A stretch of 64,000 nt of DNA from an uncultured Alphaproteobacteria bacterium (GCA_963829505.1 CAWHIL010000003.1:1297184-1361183); one strand, 5' to 3'. Shown: positions 1 through 10,138, counted from the stretch's first letter. Translations and numbers: made by a program. The notes: a model not told the origin generated them from the sequence alone.

Positions 1-1219
1 GCGCGGGGGCCATGAGCAGCGTCGCGATCACGTTGACGGTCAGCGTGAGGGCCAGCAACGGCGCGCCCGGGATGAGTACGATGGCGGCTGCGACGAGGGT
101 CGAGGCGACAGCCGCGCCATAGAACAGCCAGCCTTGCGAGAAATCGAGATTGAGGCTGTGGCTTCGGTGCGCGCTCTCGCCGAGCGCATAGGCCGAGCTT
201 GTCGAGATCGTCATCGCGGCGACGACGCCCGCCTCGATCATGCCGAGCGCAAAGAGCGTCGCGCCGACCCCGCCGATATAGGGCTCGAGGGCGGTGGCGA
301 AGTCCGCCCCGCTGGCGAATTTGGAAATGTCGACGCCGTTGGCGAACAGCGGCGCAGCGGCGACGACCGTCGCGATGGCGGCGATCGCCGCGAGCACGGC
401 GCCGAGCGCGGTGTCGAGCCTGCCTGCGGTAAGGTCCTGTGTGGTCAGTCCCTTGTCGACGACCGCGCTCTGCTGGAAGAAAATCATCCAGGGCGTCACC
501 GTCGCCCCGATGTTGGCCATGACAAGCGTGAGGAAGGCGATCGTGACCCCGCCGTGCAGGGGGCGCCACGTGCCGATCGCCCGCACGAGCGCCGCGCCGT
601 CCGGATGGGCGCTGAGCGCGGCAGGAATGAAAAGCAGATTGAAAATCGCGAGCGCCATCACGCTGCGCTCCCAAGTCGCGTAGCGGCGAAACGCCAGCGA
701 AACGACGACGAGCGCGACGCCGATCGCGACGGAGGCCAGAGGGGGCACGCCGAAGTAGAGACCGCCGGCCTGGATCGCCACGAACTCGGTGACGAGCGTG
801 AGCAGGTTGCCGAACACGAGGTCGCCCATCGCGAACCAGCCCCAGAATGGGCCGAACCGCTCGAAGATGAGCTCCGCGTGGCCGCGGTGGGTCGCGGCCC
901 CGAGCCGCACCGTCATCTCCTGCACCGCGAAGGCCATGACGAAGGTGAGCAGGATGAAGGGGACGAAGAATCCGACGCCGTACGTCGCCCCGGTCGTGGC
1001 GTAAGAGACCATGCTCGGGCCGTCGTTCTCGCCGAGCATGACCAGAATTCCCGGGCCAATCAGGAGCCAGAACAGCCTCAGCCAGTGCCGGGCTGAGCGC
1101 TCCTTCAGGACCCTGCGCCGGTCCTCGGCGCGCAGGACGTCCTCGGGGGACAGGCGCCCGCCGGCCGGCGGGAACAAGGGCGGCGGAACCTGCGCGAAGC
1201 TCGAAGCGCTCCGGCTCAT
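1..1219 (-). CDS. NRAMP/SLC11-family divalent metal transporter (3' end outside window)
   Basis: Manual translation of the minus strand from ATG 1219 (GGAGAG SD upstream): MSRSASSF...GPGILVMLGENDGPSMVSYATTGATYG...QEMTVRLG...GATVTPWMIFFQQS...; many TM helices. Missing from the ORF track because it runs off the window edge. Confidence 0.9.
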   Translation of the reverse strand, partial: MSRSASSFAQVPPPLFPPAGGRLSPEDVLRAEDRRRVLKERSARHWLRLFWLLIGPGILVMLGENDGPSMVSYATTGATYGVGFFVPFILLTFVMAFAVQEMTVRLGAATHRGHAELIFERFGPFWGWFAMGDLVFGNLLTLVTEFVAIQAGGLYFGVPPLASVAIGVALVVVSLAFRRYATWERSVMALAIFNLLFIPAALSAHPDGAALVRAIGTWRPLHGGVTIAFLTLVMANIGATVTPWMIFFQQSAVVDKGLTTQDLTAGRLDTALGAVLAAIAAIATVVAAAPLFANGVDISKFASGADFATALEPYIGGVGATLFALGMIEAGVVAAMTISTSSAYALGESAHRSHSLNLDFSQGWLFYGAAVASTLVAAAIVLIPGAPLLALTLTVNVIATLLMAPA

Positions 1220-1273
1220 CGGATCTCTCCTCAGGCGTCCCGATTCGCCGGCCCGCGGGCGGGATCGCGCCCA

Positions 1274-1295
1274 AAATGTAGCCTTGGCTAACTTT
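1274..1295. promoter_or_regulatory. Putative MntR operator
   Basis: AAATGTAGC-CTTG-GCTAACTTT resembles the E. coli MntR box AAACATAGC-N4-GCTATGTTT; lies in the divergent NRAMP/mntR intergenic region. Confidence 0.7.
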
Positions 1296-1427
1296 CTGTC
1301 AAGCAGTGTCAAGATTGCGACAATTCGTTCTTCTCACGACGACGGATTCGCGTGGCGCAGGCGCGGAGATTCTGGTATTTCTCGAAATCGAGAGGCGGCT
1401 GGCGGCGCGGCAGGGTCGGCCGTTGGC

Positions 1428-1943
1428 ATGGACTCGGAGTTTTCGCTTTTGGCGGCGGCGCGCGCATCGACACAATCGGAGAAGCGGGTTCGCACGGACT
1501 GCGAAATGCCGGACGCGCCGGCGCAGGCGCGGCGGTTCGACAAGGCGAGGGCCGAACACTCGAAGGAATTGCTCGAGGACTATGTCGAACTGATCGCCGA
1601 CCTCTTCGCCGCCACCGGCGAAGCGCGCGCCGCGGATGTCGCAAAGCGCATCGGCGTCACCCATCCGACCGCGCTCAAGAACATCGCCCGCCTGCGGCGC
1701 GAAGGACTCGTCACATCTCGCCCCTATCGCGGGCTCTTTCTCACCGAGGCCGGACGCAGGATGGCGGAGGCGGCGCGAGCGCGCCACCGCGTCGTGGTCG
1801 ATTTCCTCATCGCGGTCGGCGCGCCGCGCGAGGCGGCCGAGGCGGACGCAGAGGGCATGGAGCATCACGTGTCGCGGCCGACGCTGCGCGCCTTCGAGCG
1901 TTTTCTCGCCGCTGGCGCGGCGCGAAGGCGGGAGCCGGTTTGA
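1428..1943 (+). CDS. mntR: Manganese-binding transcriptional regulator MntR (DtxR family)
   Basis: [13 protein letters not shown]...[18 protein letters not shown]...RGLFLTEAG...[10 protein letters not shown] matches E. coli-type MntR; start 1428 or 1506. Confidence 0.92.
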   Translation: MDSEFSLLAAARASTQSEKRVRTDCEMPDAPAQARRFDKARAEHSKELLEDYVELIADLFAATGEARAADVAKRIGVTHPTALKNIARLRREGLVTSRPYRGLFLTEAGRRMAEAARARHRVVVDFLIAVGAPREAAEADAEGMEHHVSRPTLRAFERFLAAGAARRREPV

Positions 1944-1992
1944 GGCTGGGAGGCGTTCCGGCCCGGAACGATCCGGGAGGCACGCAAAAAAG

Positions 1993-3246
1993 TCAGATCG
2001 CGGTCTCGAATTCCGCGAACATCGGCAGGTCGCGGTCGAGGGCCGCCTTGTCGATCAGCCGCTCGCGCACCCCGCGCATGATGATATAGGGCCGCAGGAT
2101 CGGGTTGAACAGCCGGTAGCGCAGGCGGTTGACGTCGCCGACCCTGTGCAGGATACGCCCCCGCTCGGGCTCGCTCAAATCTTTCAGCGCGCGCGAGTAG
2201 ATCACCGGTTCGCAGGGCTTGGCGCGGATCAGCGACAGCGGCGCCTTGACGGCGGAGGCAGTGAAGTAACGCTGCTCGTCGACCTCGGCGAGCGCGCAGG
2301 CGAGCAGCACTTCCTTGTAGAAATCGCTGTGCTGCTCGCTCCGGATCGCCTCGTTGTAGAGGCCCTTGACCGACTGCTGCCACTGGTCGAGGGCCCGATG
2401 CATGCCGAGTTCGACATGGTCGGGACCGATCATGAGGCTGCGCGCCGAGAGCGCCGCGCGGGCGCTGTAGATGCTGAGAAGGTGGGTGATATACGGCACC
2501 CCCTGAGAGAAATGGACGAGGTCCTCGCACGCCTCGAAATCGATCTCCATGCCGAGCCGCTCGAAGCCGGCCATGACGATCGCCCGAATCTCGCCTTCCG
2601 ACATCGCCGGCATGTGGACCTGGACGAGCGCCCGCTCGATCGACTGGTGCTCGCGAATCAACTCGTCGACCGAATCGGCGACGCCGATGATCAGAATGGT
2701 GGCGTTGACGGCGTGATCGGACAGCGCCTTGATGGTGTCGGCCATGGCGGTGATGGCCTCAGGACGGCGGATCCGGTCGAACTCGTCGAAGATCACGATG
2801 AGCGAGGCGCTCGCCGACAGGCCCTCGAGCGTGCGCCGGACGCCGTCGGGCGTGTCCGGTTCCTTCAGCGTCTCCTGCGGGGGCGGCGCCGCGAGTGGGT
2901 TCTTCGGCGCGCCGAAACCGATGCTCGGCCGCTGGTTGGCGGCCTCGATGTCCTTGAAGGCTTTCGACCAGAGGGAAGCGTAGGTATCGGAAATGTCGCA
3001 ATTGGTCCGCGACACAATGAAGGCCTGGCGCTTGGCGAGAAAGGCCGAGATCATGTTGGAAAGCGACGTTTTCCCGGTGCCGCGCTCGCCGTAGAGGATG
3101 GCGTGGCAGCCGCGTTGCGAGATGGCGTCGATGATCTTGAGGACCTGCTCCTTGCGGCCCGCGAACAGTTCGCGCTCGTTGATCGGCGCACCCGGTGTGA
3201 AAACCGCGCCGGTGCGAAAGATCAGGGAGTCGAAATCCGGTTCCAT
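1993..3246 (-). CDS. AAA+ ATPase, Orc1/Cdc6-like, function unknown
   Basis: Walker [10 protein letters not shown], Walker [11 protein letters not shown], helical lid and probable C-terminal winged-helix region. Confidence 0.8.
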   Translation of the reverse strand: MEPDFDSLIFRTGAVFTPGAPINERELFAGRKEQVLKIIDAISQRGCHAILYGERGTGKTSLSNMISAFLAKRQAFIVSRTNCDISDTYASLWSKAFKDIEAANQRPSIGFGAPKNPLAAPPPQETLKEPDTPDGVRRTLEGLSASASLIVIFDEFDRIRRPEAITAMADTIKALSDHAVNATILIIGVADSVDELIREHQSIERALVQVHMPAMSEGEIRAIVMAGFERLGMEIDFEACEDLVHFSQGVPYITHLLSIYSARAALSARSLMIGPDHVELGMHRALDQWQQSVKGLYNEAIRSEQHSDFYKEVLLACALAEVDEQRYFTASAVKAPLSLIRAKPCEPVIYSRALKDLSEPERGRILHRVGDVNRLRYRLFNPILRPYIIMRGVRERLIDKAALDRDLPMFAEFETAI

Positions 3247-3280
3247 GATCGCCCCCGGAGCACACAAACGACGCCAACGT

Positions 3281-3295
3281 ATAACAGACCGTTAA
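3281..3295 (-). promoter_or_regulatory. CtrA-box-like site upstream of the AAA ATPase
   Basis: Minus strand TTAA-CGGTCTG-TTAT, one mismatch to TTAA-N7-TTAA, 35 bp upstream of ATG 3246. Confidence 0.4.
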
Positions 3296-3778
3296 TTCGC
3301 GGGCTGCCGTCGACTTTCGTTATCCTGAACATGCGCCCCGGGGCGTTTTCGGTCAACTTTGCGCCTGTTCGCGCGAGACTGAATTCCCCTTCGGGAATGG
3401 CGGGCGCCGGTCAGGCCGCGACGTCGGCCAGGCGCGTGAAGACCTCCTCGTCGGACATCCCCGTGACATGCACGACGCCGCCGTCGGCCGGCGCGCGACC
3501 CATGACGTTGCACTTGGCGATCGTACTGGACGCTGGCGGCCGCCTCGACGGCCTTGGTGGAGGTTTTTGGCGGCCTCGTCGTGTCGCAAGCGCCGCTGGC
3601 CTCAAACGCGGCAGATGCGCCCGCCCCCTTGCGCGCCGTTTCTCTTTGACGTATGAGCCGGGTCCTCGAGAACCGCCCGGCTGGGCTGCCGTGGCGGTTC
3701 TTTTCGCTCGTTTCCGTGCGACGGAGCCACAAGCTCCGCTTCCATTTTCCAACAGGGCGTCAAGCCCGGGAGAGCCAA

Positions 3779-3979
3779 ATGCCCAAGCTGAAGACCAAAT
3801 CCGGCGCGAAAAAGCGCTTCAAGATCACCGGGACCGGCAAGGTCGTCTACGCCCAGTCGCAGAAGCGCCACGGCATGATCAAGCGGACGAAGAAGCAGAT
3901 CCGCAATCTGCGTGGCACCTCGATCCTGTTCAAGACCGACGGCGACAACGTCAAGAAGTATTTTCTGCCGAACGGCTGA
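3779..3979 (+). CDS. rpmI: 50S ribosomal protein L35
   Basis: [22 protein letters not shown]... Confidence 0.98.
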   Translation: MPKLKTKSGAKKRFKITGTGKVVYAQSQKRHGMIKRTKKQIRNLRGTSILFKTDGDNVKKYFLPNG

Positions 3980-4005
3980 GGCCCTCTTTTCCCGGAGTTT
4001 TACGC

Positions 4006-4371
4006 ATGTCTCGCGTCAAGAGAGGCGTCACAGCGCACGCCAAGCACAAGAAGATTCTGAAGCAGGCCAAGGGCTTCTTCGGCCGCCGCAAGAACACCAT
4101 CCGCGCCGCCAAGGCCGCGGTCGACAAGTCGATGCAATACGCCTACCGCGACCGCAAGAACCGGAAGCGGGAGTTCCGCGCCCTCTGGATTCAGCGGATC
4201 AACGCGGCGGCCCGCGCGCATGGCCTGACGTACAGCCGGCTCATCTCGGCGCTGACCACGGCGGGAATCGAGGTCGACCGCAAGGTCCTGTCGGAACTCG
4301 CGATCAGCGAGCCCGCCGCATTCGCAGCGATTGTCGAGCAGGCGAAGGGCCATCTGCCGAAGGCGGCCTGA
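4006..4371 (+). CDS. rplT: 50S ribosomal protein L20
   Basis: [30 protein letters not shown]... Confidence 0.98.
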   Translation: MSRVKRGVTAHAKHKKILKQAKGFFGRRKNTIRAAKAAVDKSMQYAYRDRKNRKREFRALWIQRINAAARAHGLTYSRLISALTTAGIEVDRKVLSELAISEPAAFAAIVEQAKGHLPKAA

Positions 4372-4378
4372 CAAAACG

Positions 4379-4482
4379 CCCTCTCCCGCGCGCGGGAGAG
4401 GGTTGGGGTGAGGGCCGTGGCCCTATCCCGCCGGCCCTCATCCGGCGCTCCGCGCCACCTTCTCCCCCAGTCGGGAGAAGGG
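4379..4482. repeat. Intergenic double-hairpin palindromic repeat (family B)
   Basis: CCCTCTCCCGCGCGCGGGAGAGGG...CCCTCATCCGGCGC...CCTTCTCCCCCAGTCGGGAGAAGG; related copies at 23623 and 63487. Confidence 0.8.
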
Positions 4483-4511
4483 CTGCCGTCGCCGCGCCAT
4501 CAAGGCACGCC

Positions 4512-5594
4512 ATGTCCGACCTCGCCGCGTTGAAAGACGAAACGCTCGCCGCCATCGCCGCCGCGCCCGACGAAGCGGCGCTCGAAGCCGTTCGCCTGAC
4601 GGCGCTCGGCAAGAAGGGCGCGATCTCGGCGCTGCTTGCGACGCTCGGCAAGCTCGCGCCCGATGAGCGAAAAGTCCGGGGCGCCGAGATCAATGGCCTC
4701 AAGGACGCCGTCACCGAGGCGCTCGCTTCACGCCGCGTCGTCGTCAAGTCGGTCGCGCTCGAAGCCCAGCTTGCGCGCGAGGCGGTCGATCTGACGCTTC
4801 CGGTCCGTCTGCCCGGCGTCGAGACCGGCCGCATCCACCCGATCACACAGGTCACCGACGAGATCATCGCCATCTTCGCCGACATGGGTTTTGCGGTCGC
4901 CGAAGGTCCGGACATCGAGAGCGACGACTTCAACTTCACCAAGCTCAACTTCCCGCTCGGCCATCCGGCCCGCGAGATGCACGACACGTTCTTCCTCGAG
5001 CCGGACGAAACGGGCGAGCGCAGGCTTTTGCGCACCCATACGAGCCCAGTGCAGGTGCGCACCATGCTGGCTGAGAAGCCGCCGATCCGGGTGATCTGCC
5101 CGGGCCGCACCTACCGCACCGATTTCGACCAGACCCACACGCCGATGTTCCATCAGGTCGAGGGTCTCGTGGTCGATGAGCACGCGACCCTCGCCAACCT
5201 CAAGTGGGTGCTCGAAGAGTTCTGCAAGGCCTTCTTCGAGGTGCCGAAGGTCGGCATGCGCTTCCGGCCGAGCTTCTTCCCCTTCACGTCGCCCTCGATG
5301 GAGGTCGACATCCAGTGTCGCCGGTCGGGCGGCGAGATCCGCTTCGGCGAGGGCGACGACTGGCTCGAAATTCTCGGCTGCGGCATGGTGCATGAGAACG
5401 TGCTGAGGAATTGCGGCATCGACCCGCTCGTCTACCAGGGCTTCGCCTGGGGCATGGGCATCGACCGCGTCGCGATGCTGAAATACGGCATGCCGGACCT
5501 GCGCGATCTGTTCGACGCAGACCTGCGCTGGATCAACCATTACGGCTTCCGGCCGCTCGAGGCGCCGACGCTGGCGGGCGGCTTGAGCGGATGA
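4512..5594 (+). CDS. pheS: Phenylalanine--tRNA ligase alpha subunit
   Basis: [51 protein letters not shown]-like and AWGMGIDR motifs. Confidence 0.98.
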   Translation: MSDLAALKDETLAAIAAAPDEAALEAVRLTALGKKGAISALLATLGKLAPDERKVRGAEINGLKDAVTEALASRRVVVKSVALEAQLAREAVDLTLPVRLPGVETGRIHPITQVTDEIIAIFADMGFAVAEGPDIESDDFNFTKLNFPLGHPAREMHDTFFLEPDETGERRLLRTHTSPVQVRTMLAEKPPIRVICPGRTYRTDFDQTHTPMFHQVEGLVVDEHATLANLKWVLEEFCKAFFEVPKVGMRFRPSFFPFTSPSMEVDIQCRRSGGEIRFGEGDDWLEILGCGMVHENVLRNCGIDPLVYQGFAWGMGIDRVAMLKYGMPDLRDLFDADLRWINHYGFRPLEAPTLAGGLSG

Positions 5595-5664
5595 TGCGCG
5601 CGGCGAGTGCGTCAGCGCCCCAAACATGATAAGAACCTCTGACTGTTTTCGCAGGCGATATGCG

Positions 5665-5973
5665 ATGTCCCAGGCACAAATCGACCAGGCCGCCGAAGCG
5701 GCGGCGAGATCGGCCATCGTGCGCCTCTTCGGCGAGGACGCCATTGATCGCATCGTCATTTTCCCAACCGAGGATCACAGCGGCGAACCGGGTCTCTCGG
5801 TCACGGTCCACCTCCGCGAGCCCAAGGCAATTGTATCGGGCGCCCGTCTCGGGGACGCGCTCGTCGCGGTCGCGGACGCGCTGCGGGATATCGACGACCA
5901 TCGGTTTGCCTATGTGACCTTCCTCGCGCCCGGTTACGAGCACGCCGCAGACGACGAGCGGCCAGCCGCCTGA
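5665..5973 (+). CDS. Small hypothetical protein, possible degenerate nucleotidyltransferase-fold partner of the downstream HEPN protein
   Basis: 102-aa alpha/beta protein with IDRIVIFPTEDHSGEPGLSVTVHL; directly upstream of a HEPN-like gene. Confidence 0.6.
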   Translation: MSQAQIDQAAEAAARSAIVRLFGEDAIDRIVIFPTEDHSGEPGLSVTVHLREPKAIVSGARLGDALVAVADALRDIDDHRFAYVTFLAPGYEHAADDERPAA

Positions 5974-5982
5974 AGATCCTGC

Positions 5983-6480
5983 ATGTGGCCTCTCGTTCAG
6001 CATCAGATCGACAACGCCCGGCTGCTCGCGTCAGCCGACAAGCGGCGGCCGCGCTCGGCCTCGCTGAGGCGCGCCGTGTCGACCGCGTATTACGCGGTGT
6101 TTCAGGCGCTTTGCGCGGCATGCGCGGATCGGCTGGTCGGAGCGGGCCGGCCCTGGAGCGTGTACACGCCGGTGTTTCGCGCGCTCGACCACTATGCCGC
6201 CACGCAGGCGCTGCGAGATCCTTTCCTTGCGTCAAACGCGGATCTGCGACGGCTGGGCCTGCTTCTGAAGGAACTGCAGAAAGTCCGCGAATGGGCGGAT
6301 TACAATCCTGAACCCAGTCCCGACTACCGGCCGGGAACGAACAAATCCTCTTACACCCGCCAGGAGGCGCTGAGCCTGATCGAGTCCGCCGTCGATGCGG
6401 TCCGGATCATCGATCGGCTCGACGACGACGAGCGGCTGAAACTTGCAACGCGGCTCGTGCCGAGATCTCGGAAGTCATGA
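5983..6480 (+). CDS. HEPN-like domain protein
   Basis: [16 protein letters not shown] and [10 protein letters not shown] motifs typical of HEPN (RxAYYA...RxxADY) proteins. Confidence 0.75.
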   Translation: MWPLVQHQIDNARLLASADKRRPRSASLRRAVSTAYYAVFQALCAACADRLVGAGRPWSVYTPVFRALDHYAATQALRDPFLASNADLRRLGLLLKELQKVREWADYNPEPSPDYRPGTNKSSYTRQEALSLIESAVDAVRIIDRLDDDERLKLATRLVPRSRKS

Positions 6481-6490
6481 AGAATCCGAC

Positions 6491-8893
6491 ATGAAATTCA
6501 CCCTCTCCTGGCTGAAAGACCATCTCGACACCGACGCCTCGCTCGCCGAGATCGTCGACACGCTGACGCGGGTCGGACTCGAAGTCGAAGGCGTCGACGA
6601 CCCGGCCGCGAAACTCGCAGGGTTCGTCGTCGCCCGCGTGATCGAGGCGAAGCAGCACCCCAACGCCGACCGGCTGCGGGTCTGCGTCGTGGACGCGGGC
6701 CAGGGCCCGGTTCAGGTCGTCTGCGGCGCGCCCAATGCACGCACCGGAATGAAGGGCGTCTTCTCGCCGGTCGGCACCTATATCCCCGGCAAGCAGGTGA
6801 CGCTCGCCCAGGGCGTGATCCGCGGCGTCGAGTCGAACGGGATGCTGTGCTCGGCCGCCGAGCTCGAACTCAGCGACGATCACGAAGGCATCATCGAGCT
6901 TCCAGACGACGCGCCGGTCGGCGAGCCTTACGCGCGCTTCGCCGGGCTCGACGATCCGGTGATCGACGTGGCGCTGACGCCGAACCGGCCGGACGCGGCG
7001 GGCGTCGCAGGCGTCGCGCGCGACCTCGCGGCCGCCGGCCTCGGCAGGCTGAAGACGGCCGCGCCGGGCCCGATCGCCGGCGCGTTCGACTGTCCGACCG
7101 GCGTCAAGCTCGACTTCGCGCAAGCGGACGCCCATCTCTGCCCTGCCTTCGCTCTCAGGCTCGTGCGCGGCGTGACCAACGGACCCTCGCCCGAGTGGAT
7201 GCAGAAGCGCCTGCGCGCGATCGGTCTCCGGCCGATCAGCGCCCTCGTCGACATCACCAATTATGTGACCTTCGACCGCGGCCGCCCGCTGCATGTGTTC
7301 GACCTCGCCAAGGTCGAGGGCGACCTCGAGGTCAGGCGAGCGCGCACGAACGAGAGCGTGCTCGCGCTCGACGGCAAGAGCTACGCCCTCGACGAGACGA
7401 TGGTCGTCATCGCCGACGCCAGCGGCGTCGAGTCGATCGCCGAAATCATGGGCGGCGAGCATTCTGGCTGCGACGCAGGCACGCGCGATGTCCTCATCGA
7501 GAGCGCGCTCTGGGACCCGACCAACATCGCCCAGACCGGGCGCAAGCTCGGGATCATGACCGACGCCCGCTATCGGTTCGAGCGCGGCGTCGATCCCGCC
7601 TTCTGCCTGCCGGGCTGCGAGCTTGCGACGAAACTCGTGCTCGCGATCTGCGGCGGCGCGGCCTCGCGCATGATCGTGGCGGGCGATCCCTCCACGCCGG
7701 CGCGCACGATCGATTTCCCCTACAGCGAGGTGAAGCGCCTGATCGGCGTCGACATCCCGCGCCCCGAGGGCGAAGCGATCCTCGAAAGGCTCGGCTTTGG
7801 CGTCGAGGGCGGCCGTGTCGTCGTGCCGTCGTGGCGGCCGGACGTTCAGGTGAGGGCCGACGTGGTCGAGCAGATCATCCGCATCGCCGGGCTCGACCGG
7901 GCCCCTGCCGCGCCCCTGCCCCGGCTCGACGAGGGCGTCCCGCGGCCGGTCCTGACCCTCATCCAGAAGCGAACGCGCCTCGCCAAGCGCACCCTCGCGT
8001 CGCTCTCGCTGCGCGAAGCGGTGACGTGGTCGTTCATCTCGCGCAAGGCGGCCGAGCTCTTCGGCGGCGGACAGGCGTCCCTGTCGCTCGCCAATCCGAT
8101 CGCGGCCGACCTTTCCGACATGCGACCGAGCCTCGCGCCCGGGCTCATCGCCGCGGTCGAGCGGAACGCCCGCCGCGGCTTCGCCGACGTCGCCCTCTTC
8201 GAGGTCGGGCAGGTCTTCCTCGGTCCTGGCGAGAACGACCAGCGGATCGCGGCGGCCGCCGTCCGGCGCGGCCGCGCCAAAGCCGGCGGCGAGGGGCGCG
8301 ACTGGCGCGGAGACGGGCCGGTCGACGCGTTCGACGCGAAGGGGGACGTGATCGCGCTTCTCGACGCAATGGGAGTCGCCGCCGCGGTTCAGATCGTCCC
8401 GGGCGGCCCCGATTTCCTGCATCCCGGGCGGTCGGCAAGGCTTCAGGTCGGGCCAAAGAACGTAGTTGGTTGGTTCGGCGAGATCCATCCGCGCGTCGCG
8501 GAGGCGCTCGACGCGGAAGGGCCGATCGTCGCCTTCGAGGTCGTGCTCAACTCGCTTCCCGCGCCGAAAACAAAGGCGACAAGGGCCAAGCCCAAACTCG
8601 AGCGATCGGACTTCATGGCCGTCGAACGCGATCTCGCCTTCCTCGTGGACGACAGTGTCCGCGCCGGCGACATATTGAAAGCCGCGCAGAGCGCCGAGCG
8701 CGCGCTCGTCGCCGACGTCGGGGTGTTCGACGTCTATCGCGGCAAGGGCCTGCCCGAGGGCGCGAAGTCGATTGCGATCAGCGTGACCCTGCAGCCCCGC
8801 GAGCGCACCCTCACCGACGCCGAGATCGAGGCGGCCGTCGAGCGGATCGTCGCGGAGGTCGCGAAGCGCACTGGCGCAAGGCTGAGGGCGTAA
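6491..8893 (+). CDS. pheT: Phenylalanine--tRNA ligase beta subunit
   Basis: [40 protein letters not shown]-terminal FDX-ACB domain. Confidence 0.98.
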   Translation: MKFTLSWLKDHLDTDASLAEIVDTLTRVGLEVEGVDDPAAKLAGFVVARVIEAKQHPNADRLRVCVVDAGQGPVQVVCGAPNARTGMKGVFSPVGTYIPGKQVTLAQGVIRGVESNGMLCSAAELELSDDHEGIIELPDDAPVGEPYARFAGLDDPVIDVALTPNRPDAAGVAGVARDLAAAGLGRLKTAAPGPIAGAFDCPTGVKLDFAQADAHLCPAFALRLVRGVTNGPSPEWMQKRLRAIGLRPISALVDITNYVTFDRGRPLHVFDLAKVEGDLEVRRARTNESVLALDGKSYALDETMVVIADASGVESIAEIMGGEHSGCDAGTRDVLIESALWDPTNIAQTGRKLGIMTDARYRFERGVDPAFCLPGCELATKLVLAICGGAASRMIVAGDPSTPARTIDFPYSEVKRLIGVDIPRPEGEAILERLGFGVEGGRVVVPSWRPDVQVRADVVEQIIRIAGLDRAPAAPLPRLDEGVPRPVLTLIQKRTRLAKRTLASLSLREAVTWSFISRKAAELFGGGQASLSLANPIAADLSDMRPSLAPGLIAAVERNARRGFADVALFEVGQVFLGPGENDQRIAAAAVRRGRAKAGGEGRDWRGDGPVDAFDAKGDVIALLDAMGVAAAVQIVPGGPDFLHPGRSARLQVGPKNVVGWFGEIHPRVAEALDAEGPIVAFEVVLNSLPAPKTKATRAKPKLERSDFMAVERDLAFLVDDSVRAGDILKAAQSAERALVADVGVFDVYRGKGLPEGAKSIAISVTLQPRERTLTDAEIEAAVERIVAEVAKRTGARLRA

Positions 8894-8897
8894 AGCG

Positions 8898-9197
8898 ATG
8901 CTCCGCGTCCTCATCCTCGCCGCCTGCGCGGCGGCGGCATCGTTGGGCCTGGCGCGCGCCGAGGACGACCCGGCCTGCGCCCGCATCGACGAGCCGCTCG
9001 CCTACAACGCCTGCCTTGCGAGCCACGGGCCCCGGGCACCCGGATTGGGCGGCGCTTCAGGGGGCGAGCGCGCCGTTCCCGACGGCGCGGACGCCGCTCC
9101 CCACGCCGACCGAAGTCCTGCGCCCGCCCGCTTCCGCCGGCAGGCGCGGGTCGTTCGGCATCAGGGTCGCGTCCACGTGGAAATCCCTGTCAGATAG
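8898..9197 (+). CDS. Small secreted hypothetical protein
   Basis: Signal peptide MLRVLILAACAAAASLGLARA, Cys pair CARIDEPLAYNAC; starts 4 bp after the pheT stop. Confidence 0.6.
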   Translation: MLRVLILAACAAAASLGLARAEDDPACARIDEPLAYNACLASHGPRAPGLGGASGGERAVPDGADAAPHADRSPAPARFRRQARVVRHQGRVHVEIPVR

Positions 9198-9297
9198 GCC
9201 CCCTGAAGGCGCGACGCCCGGGCCTTGCGGCTTTGGCCCAAGCGTCGCGCCGCCTTCTACGCCCCGGTGGGAGTCCGGCGCGGAGGCCACCGCCACG

Positions 9298-9335
9298 CCC
9301 CTCCCCTTTTGGGGCGGGCGGCGTCGACCCCTCCC
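9298..9335. repeat. Degenerate family-B hairpin
   Basis: CCCCTCCCCTTTTGGGGCGGG...CCCCTCCC. Confidence 0.35.
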
Positions 9336-9358
9336 TATCCCGGCGTCCGCCTGCCGGC

Positions 9359-9374
9359 TGTGAGGCGTGTCACA
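9359..9374. promoter_or_regulatory. CRP-consensus operator
   Basis: Perfect TGTGA-GGCGTG-TCACA, 75 bp upstream of a Crp/Fnr gene. Confidence 0.7.
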
Positions 9375-9448
9375 CGGTCGACGCCGCGCTCCATACTTGA
9401 CGTCAAGCAAAAGGTCGTTCACCGTTCCGTGAGGCTTGGGTGGAAGCA

Positions 9449-10138
9449 ATGTCTGTCCCTAGCACGCTGGTGGCGCACCCCTATTTTCGAACGCTCGACG
9501 CCAAATCCTGCCGAGTTCTCGACAGGCACTGTACTTGGCTGAAAGCGGTCACGGGCTCGCTCATACTCGATCAGTCGTCCAACGAGCGGGACGTGTATTT
9601 CATCATGTCCGGGCAGCTGCGCGCGGTACACAACAACGCGCGCCAGGACCTCATCTTCAACGAAATGAGAGCGGGCTCGATCTTCGGCGAAATGGCGGCG
9701 ATCGAGGGCGCGCCGCGCGCGGCTAGCGTCTTCGCGGTCGTCAACTCGCTGATCGCCAAGATGCCGCCGCAGATTTTCATCGAGACGATGTACAGCCACC
9801 GGCCCCTGTGCGAGGCCGTCATCCGGACGCTCAGCGAGCGCCTGCGGGCGATGTCGAGCCGGGTGAGCGAACTCGGCGCATTCAATGTCCGCACGCGGGT
9901 CCACGCGGAGCTTCTGCAACTCGCCCGCAAGGACCGGGACGATCCGCGGCGCGCCATCATCGTGACCCCGCCCAACCAGTCCGAACTCGCCGCCCGGATC
10001 AACACGCGGCGGGAGACGGTCTCACGCGAAATCAATGCGATGGAGCGCAGCGGGCTGATCGAGCGGCGTCGCGGCGCCATCGTCATCAATGACGTTCTCA
10101 AGCTCAGCGCGGAGATCCAGCAGGCGAGCAGCGGCTAA
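9449..10138 (+). CDS. Crp/Fnr-family transcriptional regulator
   Basis: cNMP-binding domain (IFGEMAAIEGAPRAASV) and HTH NQSELAARINTRRETVSREI. Confidence 0.93.
   Translation: MSVPSTLVAHPYFRTLDAKSCRVLDRHCTWLKAVTGSLILDQSSNERDVYFIMSGQLRAVHNNARQDLIFNEMRAGSIFGEMAAIEGAPRAASVFAVVNSLIAKMPPQIFIETMYSHRPLCEAVIRTLSERLRAMSSRVSELGAFNVRTRVHAELLQLARKDRDDPRRAIIVTPPNQSELAARINTRRETVSREINAMERSGLIERRRGAIVINDVLKLSAEIQQASSG

Noticed and set aside
1636-4371. 911-aa ORF ending in L20, and the 560-aa pheS and 816-aa pheT extensions
   Set aside because: Stop-free shadow frames in a GC-rich genome; the recognisable proteins begin at internal ATGs.
6407-8986. Long antisense or alternative-frame ORFs (e.g. 134-1096, 6407-8986, 16157-18493, 28367-30970, 30901-32925, 40245-43208, 61617-63419)
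   Set aside because: They overlap confident genes, are Arg/Ala/Gly-rich and show no motifs; expected from high GC3.
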